Below, one piece after another: positions 48,817-58,513 of a DNA stretch of 64,000 nucleotides. The notes under the pieces were generated by a model. It did not search any database. It saw nothing but the letters and a program-made list of their open reading frames with translations, and was not told where the DNA came from. Source of the stretch: an uncultured Chloroflexia bacterium (GTDB lineage: Bacteria > Chloroflexota > Chloroflexia > Thermomicrobiales > UBA6265); contig CAVRUC010000012.1 of assembly GCA_963724295.1 (NCBI GenBank), forward strand, positions 18,894 to 82,893, in the 5' to 3' direction. A program made the position numbers and the translations under genes. Position 1 is the first letter of the stretch. Every line of letters begins with the position of its first letter.

Positions 48817-49344
48817 TCAGCCCAGCGCCCCCCTCCGCTTACGCATCTTGATACCGGGGTTGCCGGAACCGTAGTAGTGAGGATGGACCGACACTTCCTC
48901 ATATCCCACGCGACGGTAGAGCGCTCTCGCGGCGTCATTGCCGGTCTGCACCATCAGGGTCATATCCCCGGCGGGCAGGGCGCGCTCGGCGGCCCGCAGC
49001 AGCGAGGCGCCGATGCCTTGTCGTTGCGCGGCCGGATCGACGGCCAGATTGACGATTCGATTGCCTTCCAGGACGCGGTCGCCAATGACGCAGCCCACGA
49101 TCTGGCCGTCACGCCGCGCGACCAGCAGGCGCACCCAGGGCAACACCCAGAGGATCGTCAGCGTGCTCAGGGTGTAGGCGAAACGTGGGGGAAAGGCCCG
49201 CCGCTGCACGCCGGCGACAGCGAGCAGATCTCTCCACCTCGCGGAGCAGATCTCGACGCCGGCCGGGTCGCCTGGCGGCGCTTCTGGCGAGTCCTGCAAC
49301 GGCAAGGGCAAGTGCATGGGCACGGAAGGTCCTGTCCGAGACAT
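48817..49344 (-). CDS. GNAT acetyltransferase (RimI-like), start uncertain
   Basis: NLAVDP..QRQGIG, N..ARALY...GY, YYG. Confidence 0.85.
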   Translation of the reverse strand: MSRTGPSVPMHLPLPLQDSPEAPPGDPAGVEICSARWRDLLAVAGVQRRAFPPRFAYTLSTLTILWVLPWVRLLVARRDGQIVGCVIGDRVLEGNRIVNLAVDPAAQRQGIGASLLRAAERALPAGDMTLMVQTGNDAARALYRRVGYEEVSVHPHYYGSGNPGIKMRKRRGALG

Positions 49345-49607
49345 CGCGCGATCGTCTCGGCATGGTCTGTTTCTCATTGTTCAGGGGTCGGCAGCATGGT
49401 GTTCCAGTGGCAGCAAGCGCGCGTTGGCGGCAATTGTCGCCCACGACTGCCTCGTGTCGCATGCGTCTATCCGGGGTGCCATGCAGGGATAGGCGCCAGA
49501 GGTGCGGCCATTTCGCGGCCATGTGGCCACCGGCGAGGGCATATTGAGCATGCGCGGGATGAGCGGGCGCGACCGCGGCACGGTCCTTTGCAGAGTAGAA
49601 TCACGCG

Positions 49608-50555
49608 ATGGCCGACTCACAGGCTCCACGCACGCACTACCGCTCGATCATCGGCGACAGCGCCCGCTGGGACGGGTTTGTGTTCCGTCCCGGCGACGTC
49701 GTGATCAGCACCCCGTCGAAGTCCGGCACCACCTGGATGCAGATGCTGTGCGCGCTCCTGATCTTCGATGGCCCTGCGTTCCCGGCGCCGCTCGGTGACA
49801 TCTCACCGTGGCTCGACAACTGCACCCGCCCGCTCGCTGAGGTGACGGCGGCGTTCGCCGCCCAAACCCATCGCCGCTTCATCAAGACGCACACGCCCCT
49901 CGACGGCCTGCCGCTGCACGCCGACGTCACGTATCTCGTGGTCGGCCGCGATCCGCGCGACACCGCCATCTCGCTCGAACATCACCTCGCCAACATGGAC
50001 TTCGCGCACGTCCTGGCGCTGCGCGCCGCGGCTGTCGGTAATGAGGACCTCGCCGAGCTGCCGGAGCGCCCCGTTCCGTCTGAGGACCCGGTCGAGCGAT
50101 TCCGGACCTTCGTCGCCGACGAGACGCCGGGCGGGCAAACAACACTCGCATCGGTGCTACATCACCTCGACACGGGCTGGCAGCATCGGCGTGATCCGAA
50201 CGTGGCCCTCTTCCACTACGCCGACTTGACGGCCGACCTCGCGGGTGAGCTGCTGCGCCTGGCGGGCGTCCTGGGGATCCCGTGCTCAGCGGAACGGGCG
50301 CGGGAGCTGGCGCTGGAGGCAAGCCTGGCTCGGATGCGCGAGCGGGGTGCCGACGTCGCCCCGAACGCCTCGCAGGGGATCTGGAAGGATGCGCGTGCCT
50401 TCTTCCGCAGCGGTGGATCCGGTGAGTGGCGCGACCGCGTCTCTTCCGCTGATTTCGCCGCGTACGAGGCGCGGGTGGCGGCGCTCGTGGGCCCCGATCT
50501 CGCCGCCTGGGCGCACGGCGGCCGGCTCGCCTCGGGCGTCGATCCCGAAGGCTGA
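49608..50555 (+). CDS. PAPS-dependent sulfotransferase
   Basis: TPSKSGTTW 5'-PSB loop, IKTH.P, RDPRD..IS, FFRSG..GEW. Confidence 0.88.
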   Translation: MADSQAPRTHYRSIIGDSARWDGFVFRPGDVVISTPSKSGTTWMQMLCALLIFDGPAFPAPLGDISPWLDNCTRPLAEVTAAFAAQTHRRFIKTHTPLDGLPLHADVTYLVVGRDPRDTAISLEHHLANMDFAHVLALRAAAVGNEDLAELPERPVPSEDPVERFRTFVADETPGGQTTLASVLHHLDTGWQHRRDPNVALFHYADLTADLAGELLRLAGVLGIPCSAERARELALEASLARMRERGADVAPNASQGIWKDARAFFRSGGSGEWRDRVSSADFAAYEARVAALVGPDLAAWAHGGRLASGVDPEG

Positions 50556-50714
50556 CATGGCCTCGCCCTCCAGCCCGAGTGCGCGGATCAGCACCTGCTT
50601 TAAGAACTCAAAGAACTAGAAAAGACGCCAACTCGCCGTGAGCGCGAGGCGCGGTCACGTCACTTCACTCGGTGCGGCACGGATCGAACAGCTCCAGTCA
50701 TCATGCGGCCGGAC

Positions 50715-51896
50715 CTAACCGTCGGCTAAGGCGCTCTCCACGTCGTAGCTCCAGATCCAGTCGAACCGGGCGATGGGCGCCTCCGGGTTGTCAGCCAAGC
50801 GTGCGTTGCGCGCCTGGACCTCCGCCGGGTTCGTCAGGCGCACCACCCGGCTGGCGTCGCGCGACGCCGCCTGGACCGCGGCGGTGCGCTCCCAGCGACG
50901 GGCGGCGTACCTCTCGATCGCGCTCTGCGGATCATCGGAGTCCGCGGCGAGACAGCTCGCCAGGACGAAGGCGTCCTCAATACTCTGACTAGCGCCTTGG
51001 GCCATGTACGGCAGCATTGGATGGGCGGCGTCGCCGAGGAGCGTCACCCGCCCGCGTGTCCAAGTCTCCAGCGGCGGCCGGTCGAACAGCGCCCACTTGA
51101 ACACCTGTTCAGTGCCCGCGATCAGGTCCCGTACGTCGGAATGCCAGCCAGCGAAGAGTCTGAGTACCTCGTCGCGATCGCCGCGCGCCGACCACGACTC
51201 CTCGTGCCAGTCGTCGTCACTCTGCGTGTTGCCGACCCAGTTCACGAACCGGCCCGCCGAGACATAGAAACAGACGAATATCTTGCGCGGTCCCCAGAAG
51301 GAGTGGTGGCGCACCTCTAGACCGACCTCATGCCCGACCGTCGCCGGTGCCAGGCCCCGCCAGGAGATCTGGCGTGACCAGATCGGTCGATCCGGTCCGG
51401 CGACATGTTCGCGCACCACCGAGTGGATACCGTCAGCGCCGATGAGCAACTCGCCTGTCGCCTCGCGACCATCGGCGAAGCGAGCTGTCACACCGCTGTC
51501 GTGCGGCTCGACAGCAATGCAGCGGGCACCGAGGGTGATGTGCTGGTCGCCCAGCGCGGCGCGCAGCGCATCGTGCAGGTCTGCACGGTGCAGGTGATAG
51601 AAGGGTGCGCCCCAGCGCTCGACGGCCGCCTGGGCGAGCGGCACCCGACCTAGGAGCGCACCGGTTTGCCAGTCGCGCGAGTCCATCGCGTGCGAGACGA
51701 CGCCGACGCTGCGCAGCGCCTCAGCCAGCCCCAATCGGTGCAGGACCTTGACGGCGTTGGGGCTGATGGCGACCCCGGCACCCACCTCACGGAGAACAGT
51801 GGCCTGCTCGTAGACATGGGCGTCGAAGCCAGCTTGGCGCAAGGCAAGGGCAGCGGTCAGGCCGCCGATCCCAGCACCGACGATGAGGATGCGCAT
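50715..51896 (-). CDS. FAD-dependent aromatic monooxygenase (salicylate-hydroxylase-like)
   Basis: VGAGIGG, IGADGIHS, LLGDAAHPMLPYMAQGA. Confidence 0.9.
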   Translation of the reverse strand: MRILIVGAGIGGLTAALALRQAGFDAHVYEQATVLREVGAGVAISPNAVKVLHRLGLAEALRSVGVVSHAMDSRDWQTGALLGRVPLAQAAVERWGAPFYHLHRADLHDALRAALGDQHITLGARCIAVEPHDSGVTARFADGREATGELLIGADGIHSVVREHVAGPDRPIWSRQISWRGLAPATVGHEVGLEVRHHSFWGPRKIFVCFYVSAGRFVNWVGNTQSDDDWHEESWSARGDRDEVLRLFAGWHSDVRDLIAGTEQVFKWALFDRPPLETWTRGRVTLLGDAAHPMLPYMAQGASQSIEDAFVLASCLAADSDDPQSAIERYAARRWERTAAVQAASRDASRVVRLTNPAEVQARNARLADNPEAPIARFDWIWSYDVESALADG

Positions 51897-52126
51897 GGCG
51901 ACGCCTCTTCCTGTGCAAGGAGGTGGCCTCCATGCGCGTCGGAGCGCCTGAGACCAATACGCGGCAAGAGCAGGAACCACATCGTACCGATCTGCCAGGG
52001 TGAACACAAGCACTGCTCGAGCGGACAATCGCTTAGCTCGTGCACGGCCACTCCCTCCTCTGCCGTGCTCGGGAGCTGGTCGCATATCTCAAGGCACAGC
52101 CATCTGCTCTTAAAAGCGGTTCAAGG

Positions 52127-52175
52127 TAGAAGAGAACGACGCCCACCCTGCGCGGCTCGCTTCCTCGCTTCGGGC
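52127..52175. repeat. 49-bp direct repeat, copy 1
   Basis: 47/49 identical to 53775..53823. Confidence 0.85.
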
Positions 52176-52264
52176 TTCCCGGTGCCCCTGGTTGGCGCGG
52201 GACCGTCGTCACCCCGCCGTGATAGGAACACCGGCCAGCCCGCGCCGAACCGGGCGCGCCACCA

Positions 52265-53503
52265 TCACGCCTGCGCCGGCACCCGTGCCGCGATCGCGGC
52301 GACGATCCGCTCGGCCTCCGCGCCCACGCGCCCGATCGAGGTGGTGAGGGGCTCGACCACGCTCATCCCCGCGAAGTAGAGCCCGGCGCAGGGGCTTATC
52401 CCGGCGACGTTGCGTGGGGCACACGCGGCATCGAGCACCGGGAGCCGCAGCCACGCGAGGTCCCACTTATAGCCGGTCGCCCAGACCACCGAGGTGATCC
52501 CGGCGGCGCGCAGGTCGAGGGTTGCCGGGGAATCGGGCTCGTCGGTGCCGCCGAGCCCGGCGTCGGGAAATGGCTCGTCGGGCGGCGCGTCGAACCCGGT
52601 CGCGTCGATATATGCATCGACCGCCCGCCGGAAGGTGTCGGTGCGGCGATCGATGTCGGCCAGGCTCGCGGCGAGGTCGGCGGCCAGCGTGATCGCGGCG
52701 CCGTCGATGGCGCGGATCCGCCCAAGCAGGCGGATGCCGTCCCGGGCGAAGCGGCGCAGGTCGAGGGCACGCCCGCCGTCGCGGCCGGTGATGTTGCCGA
52801 ACCCGGCCGGGCTTACCCCGTCGCGCAGCGACGGGTGGGCGAGGTTCGCCGTGACGTACCACCAGAAGACGTCCCGGCCCCGGTAGCGGCGGATTGGGAA
52901 GCCGCTGTACCCCACGGCGAGCCAGACCGCCCGGCCGGCGCGGTGGAGCTCCTCGGCGATCTGGCTGCCGGAGTTGCCGGTGCCGACGACCAAGACCGCG
53001 CCATGGGCGAGCGCGTCCGGATTCCGGTACCCACCGGAATGGATTTGGTGGATGTCGTGGGCTAGCTCGGCGGCGATCGCTGGCACGCGTGGCGCTTGGT
53101 ACGAGCCGGTGGCCACCACGACGTTCTCGGCAACGAGCGCGCCCGTTGACGTCTGGAGGGAGAATCGGCCGTCCGGCAGCGCGGCAACAGCCGACACCGC
53201 CACGCCCTCACGGACGGGGAGCGCGAAGTCTGCGGTGTAGCGCACGAGGTCGGCGACCCACTCGTCGCGCGTCTGGAAGTCGTCGGGCGCGGCCCCCTGG
53301 TAGGGGAACCCGGGGAGGCCGTTGTACCAGTTGGGCAGGACCATGCAGAGCGAGTCCCAGCGCCCTCGCCAGGCTTCGCCGATGCGGCCGCGCTCGAGGA
53401 CGACGTGGTCGAGCTCGCGCTGGGCCAATTCGTAACTATTTGCCAGCCCCGCCTGGCCGGCGCCGATCACGACCGTGCCGACCGGCTCTGCTCGCTTGGC
53501 CAT
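52265..53503 (-). CDS. Flavin-containing monooxygenase-like (CzcO/ArsO-type) oxidoreductase
   Basis: IGAGQAG, W..RWDSL, VATG, HS..YRNP, VGTGNSG.QIAEEL, WATGY. Confidence 0.88.
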   Translation of the reverse strand: MAKRAEPVGTVVIGAGQAGLANSYELAQRELDHVVLERGRIGEAWRGRWDSLCMVLPNWYNGLPGFPYQGAAPDDFQTRDEWVADLVRYTADFALPVREGVAVSAVAALPDGRFSLQTSTGALVAENVVVATGSYQAPRVPAIAAELAHDIHQIHSGGYRNPDALAHGAVLVVGTGNSGSQIAEELHRAGRAVWLAVGYSGFPIRRYRGRDVFWWYVTANLAHPSLRDGVSPAGFGNITGRDGGRALDLRRFARDGIRLLGRIRAIDGAAITLAADLAASLADIDRRTDTFRRAVDAYIDATGFDAPPDEPFPDAGLGGTDEPDSPATLDLRAAGITSVVWATGYKWDLAWLRLPVLDAACAPRNVAGISPCAGLYFAGMSVVEPLTTSIGRVGAEAERIVAAIAARVPAQA

Positions 53504-53774
53504 CGGACCCTCCCGTGCGACGGACGAGCGCGGGATCCCCGGTTCCGACGCGGGTCGCGGAAGCCGCTTCGCCTGTGGCCGTCCGACGCAGCATAGCAGC
53601 GAACCGCGGCACGATCTCGGCCACCGATGCGACCTACCGACGACAACCAGGCTCTGGCGAGGGTTGCCATGGTTTGGCCATCATGCTGCTATGCGTCAAC
53701 CACTCGATGACCAGGTTTGGGCTTGCAGCGGTCGCTTTTTGGGGGGACGCTCACGCACCAACGACCCTACGGGA

Positions 53775-53823
53775 TAGAAGAGAATGACGCCCACCCTGCG
53801 CGGCTCGCTTCCTCGCTCCGGGC
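53775..53823. repeat. 49-bp direct repeat, copy 2
   Basis: 47/49 identical to 52127..52175. Confidence 0.85.
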
Positions 53824-54060
53824 GGAGCGGAGGTCCGGCCGGGGCCCCGTCAGGGGTGGCCGGGACGCAGCTCCGCCCGAGCGCCCTCCGTTCGTCGCGG
53901 CCCGCTGACCCTCCGGGTGCCTGGCACGCAAGCGGAGCGCGGATTGCCGGTTGCGATTGCCGGCACCCCGCAGGATCTCACTGAGGCAGGGAAACCTCAA
54001 GCAGACCGGCATGGTACAACCCGGCGGCACATCCCTCTTTTCCGCTCGGAGCTACCGGCA

Positions 54061-54396
54061 ATGACCGAGGACCGCACCGCGCGTGACATCCAGGATCAGG
54101 AGGAGACGCCACCGGAGCTCGCGGACTGGTGGGTCTGGGGTGTGCGCCGGATCGCCGCGCCGATCGCCGATCTCCTGCTGTCGGCCCGCGTCCTTCCGCT
54201 TCTCTTCGCCCTCCTGAAGGGCGCCACCTGGGCGTTCAGCCGCGACTCCAACGAGCTGTGGGGAGCCGGCGCTGGCGTTGCGGGATTCTTCGCGATCTGG
54301 GGTGTGGGGATGCTGCTGGGGCGATTCTCGGCGGAACGGGACTCACCGGATCCCGAGCGCTGGCTGCATCGTCACCGCCGTACAAAGCGCGGGTGA
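54061..54396 (+). CDS. Small membrane protein
   Basis: SD ggag, hydrophobic helices. Confidence 0.5.
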   Translation: MTEDRTARDIQDQEETPPELADWWVWGVRRIAAPIADLLLSARVLPLLFALLKGATWAFSRDSNELWGAGAGVAGFFAIWGVGMLLGRFSAERDSPDPERWLHRHRRTKRG

Positions 54397-54447
54397 CGTG
54401 TCCCTGGATGTAGCACCTTTATGGCGTCAATTGCCGGCTTCGTCCCG

Positions 54448-54945
54448 TCATCCGGCTTCTGGTGCGGCGGAATCGGGAATGAAGGCCGGCATCGTCTCCC
54501 AGGCCATGGCCGGCATGGCGGGCGTGAAGCGCATCTCACTCGCCGGGCCGCTGATGATGAGAGTCATGTCGTCGCCAAAGGTGTAGGACGTGGCCTCGTC
54601 CAGCGCCTGGACGAATGGCTCCTCCAGCGAGCCGGCTGGGCACTGGGCGACGGTAGTCATCGTCACCGTGACGTCCAGCGCGCCGTTCGCGCCACTCCAG
54701 AACCCGGCCACCCAGTTGCAGTCGGCACGGATGTTGACGGTCTCATCCGGCAGGAAATGGACCGTGTAGAGTCCGGGTTCGATGCCGGTGCTGGTCCCGG
54801 GGAACGCCGTCAGCTGCCAGGGGATCGGTGGGATCGCCGGGGCGGCGGCATCGGCTGGAGCCTCCTGGGCGCTGGCGGAATAGGCGGGTACCAAGCTGGC
54901 TGCCGCCAGCAGCACGGCAACCAAAAGGAGCAGGCGAGATCGCAT
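54448..54945 (-). CDS. Secreted META (HslJ-like) domain protein
   Basis: Signal peptide; WQL, YTVHF, ADCN, TT.A.CP.GSL; SD ggagg. Confidence 0.82.
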   Translation of the reverse strand: MRSRLLLLVAVLLAAASLVPAYSASAQEAPADAAAPAIPPIPWQLTAFPGTSTGIEPGLYTVHFLPDETVNIRADCNWVAGFWSGANGALDVTVTMTTVAQCPAGSLEEPFVQALDEATSYTFGDDMTLIISGPASEMRFTPAMPAMAWETMPAFIPDSAAPEAG

Positions 54946-55128
54946 CAAGGAAACCTCCGGCAAAACAGACACCCACACTGGGTATGACTACTTGTTGAGA
55001 CGTTTGACGAGCCTATCACGTTACGTCCGAAGCGATCTCGACGTCGAGTGTCACCGGCCGGATGAAGAGCAACCGCCGCAAAGCCCACCATGACCTCGGG
55101 AACATGTCTGGGCAGGTTCGCGCCGGGC

Positions 55129-55995
55129 CTACACCGAACGACGCGCTCGGTCGCGCTCCCAGATGGCCTGCAGCGCGCGATAGTCCAGCAGGACGATCCC
55201 TTCCGCCGCGACCGTCTCCCGCGCCTCCCGCGATACCAGGAACCGCAGGTCCGCCGCCCGCTTCATCCACCAACTGTCGATGGCCCGCGCCTCGGCGGTG
55301 CCGAGACCGGGGTGGACCGCCCACTCGCTCAGCCCGGCCGGCAGCTCGCGCAGCATCCGAACAAAGCGGGCCGTCTTGCCTGCCGTCGGCAGCCGGGTGC
55401 TGTCCACCACGCCGTGGTCGACGGCGGGCAGTCCTCGCCGCTGCAGCCGTTCGCTCCGGGTTGGATCGAAGACGCGCATGGCCAGACCGTACTCGGTGGC
55501 CAGCCCGAGCGTCAGGTCGAAGATATCAGGCCGTCCGCCGTCGTACAGGCAGTGCCAATCGAGGTGGGTCGGCCTCAGGCCGGTGGAGAGCACGGCCTCG
55601 ATCTGGGCGCGGAACTCGACCTCGAGTTCGTCCAGCTTGGCGCGGGCCAGCAACTCGGCCTGCCGGTCGTTGCTGTAGAAGAAGCCGGTCTCGTCGAGCA
55701 GGGACGGTACCTGGTGCTTGGGAGTGAGCGGCCCCCACCGGTAGTCGGGAAATTCGGAGACGACGGTCAGGTGGACGCCGAAGGCGATGTCCGGGTGGTC
55801 GCGGAGCAGCCGCATGGCGTGCAACGCCCAGGGACAGGGCGCCATCAGGGTGGCGGACCGCGCCACGCCATCGGTGAGCGTGCGGAGGATCCCGGCGTTG
55901 ACCGCGTGGTACACCCCGAAGTCGTCGGCATTGATGATGAGCAGGCGGGCGTCGGGTGGGTACCCGAGCATGTCGTTGGCCCGATGATCCGCCAC
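55129..55995 (-). CDS. ChbG/HpnK (YdjC) family deacetylase
   Basis: LIINADDFG, GVHLT, PTHLDWH, VHPG; SD aaggag. Confidence 0.88.
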   Translation of the reverse strand: MADHRANDMLGYPPDARLLIINADDFGVYHAVNAGILRTLTDGVARSATLMAPCPWALHAMRLLRDHPDIAFGVHLTVVSEFPDYRWGPLTPKHQVPSLLDETGFFYSNDRQAELLARAKLDELEVEFRAQIEAVLSTGLRPTHLDWHCLYDGGRPDIFDLTLGLATEYGLAMRVFDPTRSERLQRRGLPAVDHGVVDSTRLPTAGKTARFVRMLRELPAGLSEWAVHPGLGTAEARAIDSWWMKRAADLRFLVSREARETVAAEGIVLLDYRALQAIWERDRARRSV

Positions 55996-56168
55996 GGCTG
56001 GCTCCTTCGCGCGTCCGATCCGCCGGCGGCGGGCGACAGCGGTGTCCCGTCTTCCATCGAGGAGCACACCGAACCCCGGTCCGCGCCTGTCCTCACGCCC
56101 GCATGCAGGCACTGGTTACGGATCTCGGGGTGAGGTGTATCCTCTGCGGCCGCGTTTCCACGAGCGCG

Positions 56169-56618
56169 TCATCGCGAGGTTGCGAGATCGAGCCTGGCAA
56201 TGATCTGGTCCCCGACCACCTCGCCGGTCGGTGCGAATCCCATCCGCGCGTAGAGGCGGCTGGCGACCTCGTTGTTGGGTTCGTAGCCCAGGAACAGTTC
56301 GCTGCAGCCGTGGCGTTCGACGATCAGGTCGATCAACCCTGGCAGCGCGGCCGTGCCGTACCCCTTGCCCTGATGCTGGACGTCGATCATGTACCGCATG
56401 ATCCACCAGCGCCCGGTCTCATCGTCGCGCCCGAACATGGCGAAGCCGATGAGGACATCCCCGGCGTAGATCGCCAGCGGCGTCCAGGTCGGTTCGAGAT
56501 ACGCCTCAGCGATGGAATTGAGGTTCGGCGTGAGGAACTCCGTTTGCTCGGGTGTGATCGCCAACTCGATCACGGCGGAGAAGTTCGCCCACGTCACCGG
56601 CCGGAAGGTGATATCCAT
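56169..56618 (-). CDS. GNAT acetyltransferase (diamine N-acetyltransferase-like)
   Basis: SIAEAY, RYMID..HQGKGYG, N.VA..LY..MGF. Confidence 0.85.
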   Translation of the reverse strand: MDITFRPVTWANFSAVIELAITPEQTEFLTPNLNSIAEAYLEPTWTPLAIYAGDVLIGFAMFGRDDETGRWWIMRYMIDVQHQGKGYGTAALPGLIDLIVERHGCSELFLGYEPNNEVASRLYARMGFAPTGEVVGDQIIARLDLATSR

Positions 56619-56698
56619 CGTTCCACGAGAGTCGGTAAGTCGGTAAGTCGACCATGACACGCGGCGACCCGTAGCCTATCACCCTGTCACCTATCACC

Positions 56699-57781
56699 CT
56701 ACGAAAACTCGATCACGCTGCGCGCCACCTCGCCCCGGCGCATGGCATCGAAGCCATCGTTGATCTGATCCAGCCCGATACGGGCCGACACCAGCTCGTC
56801 GAGCTTCAAGCGACCACTCAAGTAGAGATCGACGTAGCGCGGCATGTCGACGCGGAAGCGGTTCGAGCCCATGTTCGAACCCTGGATCTTCTTCTCGTCC
56901 AGAAACTCCGATCCGGGCAGCTCGATGCGCTCTCCCTCGGGGATCATGCCGATGATCGTCGCCGTGCCCCCCTTGCGCAGCATGGCGAACGACTGTTCCG
57001 CCGTCACCTTCAGCCCGATGGCCTCGAAGGCGTACTCGACCCCGCCGTCCGTCAGCTCGCGCACCTGCTCCACCGGGTCGCCGGCCGTGGCGTCGACCAG
57101 GTCGGTGGCGCCAAAGGTCCGAGCCAGCTCGAGCTTCCAGGAATTCGTGTCGACAGCGATGACCCGCCCCGCCCCGGCGATGACCGCCCCCTGCACCGAG
57201 TTCAGCCCCACGCCGCCGCAGCCGATGACCGCCACGGTGCTGCCGGGTGTCACTTTGGCGGTATTGAAGACCGCGCCGAGACCGGTCGTCACCGCGCACC
57301 CGATCAGCGCCGCGCGGTCGAGCGGCATCTCCTCGCGGATCTTCACCAGGGTGTTCTCGTGGACGAGCATCATTTCGGCGAAGGCCGAGAGGCGCAGGAA
57401 CTGGTGGATCAGGGCGCCATCCCGTGACAGGCGGGGCGGCTGATCGTCCTCTCGCTCCAGCCCCTGCCGGTCGCAGAGGACCGGCCGTCCGGAGAGGCAG
57501 TACTCGCAGCGGCCGCAGAAGATCGAGAGGCAGCCGATGACGTGGTCACCCGGTTTGACATGAGTGACGTCGTCGCCGACGGCCTCAACGACCCCGGCGG
57601 CCTCGTGTCCCGGCACGGTCGGGGTGTTGTGGCTGTACTTGCCTTCCATGAAATGGAGATCGCTGTGGCAGAGGCCGGCGGCGACAGTGCGTACCAGCAC
57701 TTCGCGCGGACCCGGTCTGTCGATCTGGATCTCGGCAACTTCCAGCATGGAGGGAATCTCAGGCAGAACGGCGGCGCGCAT
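56699..57781 (-). CDS. Zn-dependent alcohol dehydrogenase (class III-like)
   Basis: LCHSD, GHEAAG, CGRCEYC, GCGGVG. Confidence 0.92.
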   Translation of the reverse strand: MRAAVLPEIPSMLEVAEIQIDRPGPREVLVRTVAAGLCHSDLHFMEGKYSHNTPTVPGHEAAGVVEAVGDDVTHVKPGDHVIGCLSIFCGRCEYCLSGRPVLCDRQGLEREDDQPPRLSRDGALIHQFLRLSAFAEMMLVHENTLVKIREEMPLDRAALIGCAVTTGLGAVFNTAKVTPGSTVAVIGCGGVGLNSVQGAVIAGAGRVIAVDTNSWKLELARTFGATDLVDATAGDPVEQVRELTDGGVEYAFEAIGLKVTAEQSFAMLRKGGTATIIGMIPEGERIELPGSEFLDEKKIQGSNMGSNRFRVDMPRYVDLYLSGRLKLDELVSARIGLDQINDGFDAMRRGEVARSVIEFS

Positions 57782-58011
57782 GGTTGTCTGCTCCAGCTAC
57801 ACATCGGGTTGACGACCGGCCAGCACCCGTATGGAGATCGCCGGCGGCGACCATTCTCGCCGAGTCACGCGCCGCGCGCTTCTGGTTCCCGGGGCAAGTC
57901 GTTTGTTGCGCCGCCACCCGCCGAAACGTGCACTTGCGGTACCATCCGGGCCGCCACCTTGGGATTGCAATTGCGCTAGCGGACGGGATCGAGTCGGGAT
58001 CAGGGAAGGGC

Positions 58012-58416
58012 GTGGCAAAGACGGGGATTCAGAACCAGAAGCATATCTTTGTCATCAACGACATGATCGCCATCCTGGAGCTGTTCACCGCTCTGCTGGA
58101 GGACGAGGGCTACCGCGTCACCACCGACGGCTTCGAGATCGAGATGGTCGAGCTGCTGAGTCGCGTCAAGGCGGACAGACCAGATCTGGTAGTGCTCGAT
58201 TTCCTGATCCAGGACGAGGGGAAGGGCTGGCAGTTCCTGCAGATGCTCAAGATGGATCGCGACACCCGCGCCATCCCGGTCGTCGTCTGCACCGCCGCGG
58301 TGAAACTGGTCGAGGATTTGCAAACCCACCTGGACGCCATGGGCGTCGGCGTGGTGCTCAAGCCGTTCGACATCGACAATCTCCTCGCGGAGATCGACAA
58401 GATGTGGGCATCGTAG
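58012..58416 (+). CDS. Single-domain response regulator (receiver)
   Basis: VIND, PDLVVLD, IPVVVCT, KPF. Confidence 0.85.
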   Translation: MAKTGIQNQKHIFVINDMIAILELFTALLEDEGYRVTTDGFEIEMVELLSRVKADRPDLVVLDFLIQDEGKGWQFLQMLKMDRDTRAIPVVVCTAAVKLVEDLQTHLDAMGVGVVLKPFDIDNLLAEIDKMWAS

Positions 58417-58513
58417 GAGTCCGGTGAGCGCTGGCGAGCCCGTCGTGAGTCAGGGCCGGCCGGCATTCCGCTAGCGCGGACGAACCGGTTGTCGCCCATG
58501 ACTCAAAACTCGA

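Noticed and set aside
57822..57842. gcacccgtatggagatcg as a seventh GTAC box
   Set aside because: Only a degenerate half-site, with no palindrome
58012..58416. Orphan receiver as the partner of the stressosome kinase
   Set aside because: It is 45 kb away and no sequence evidence links them
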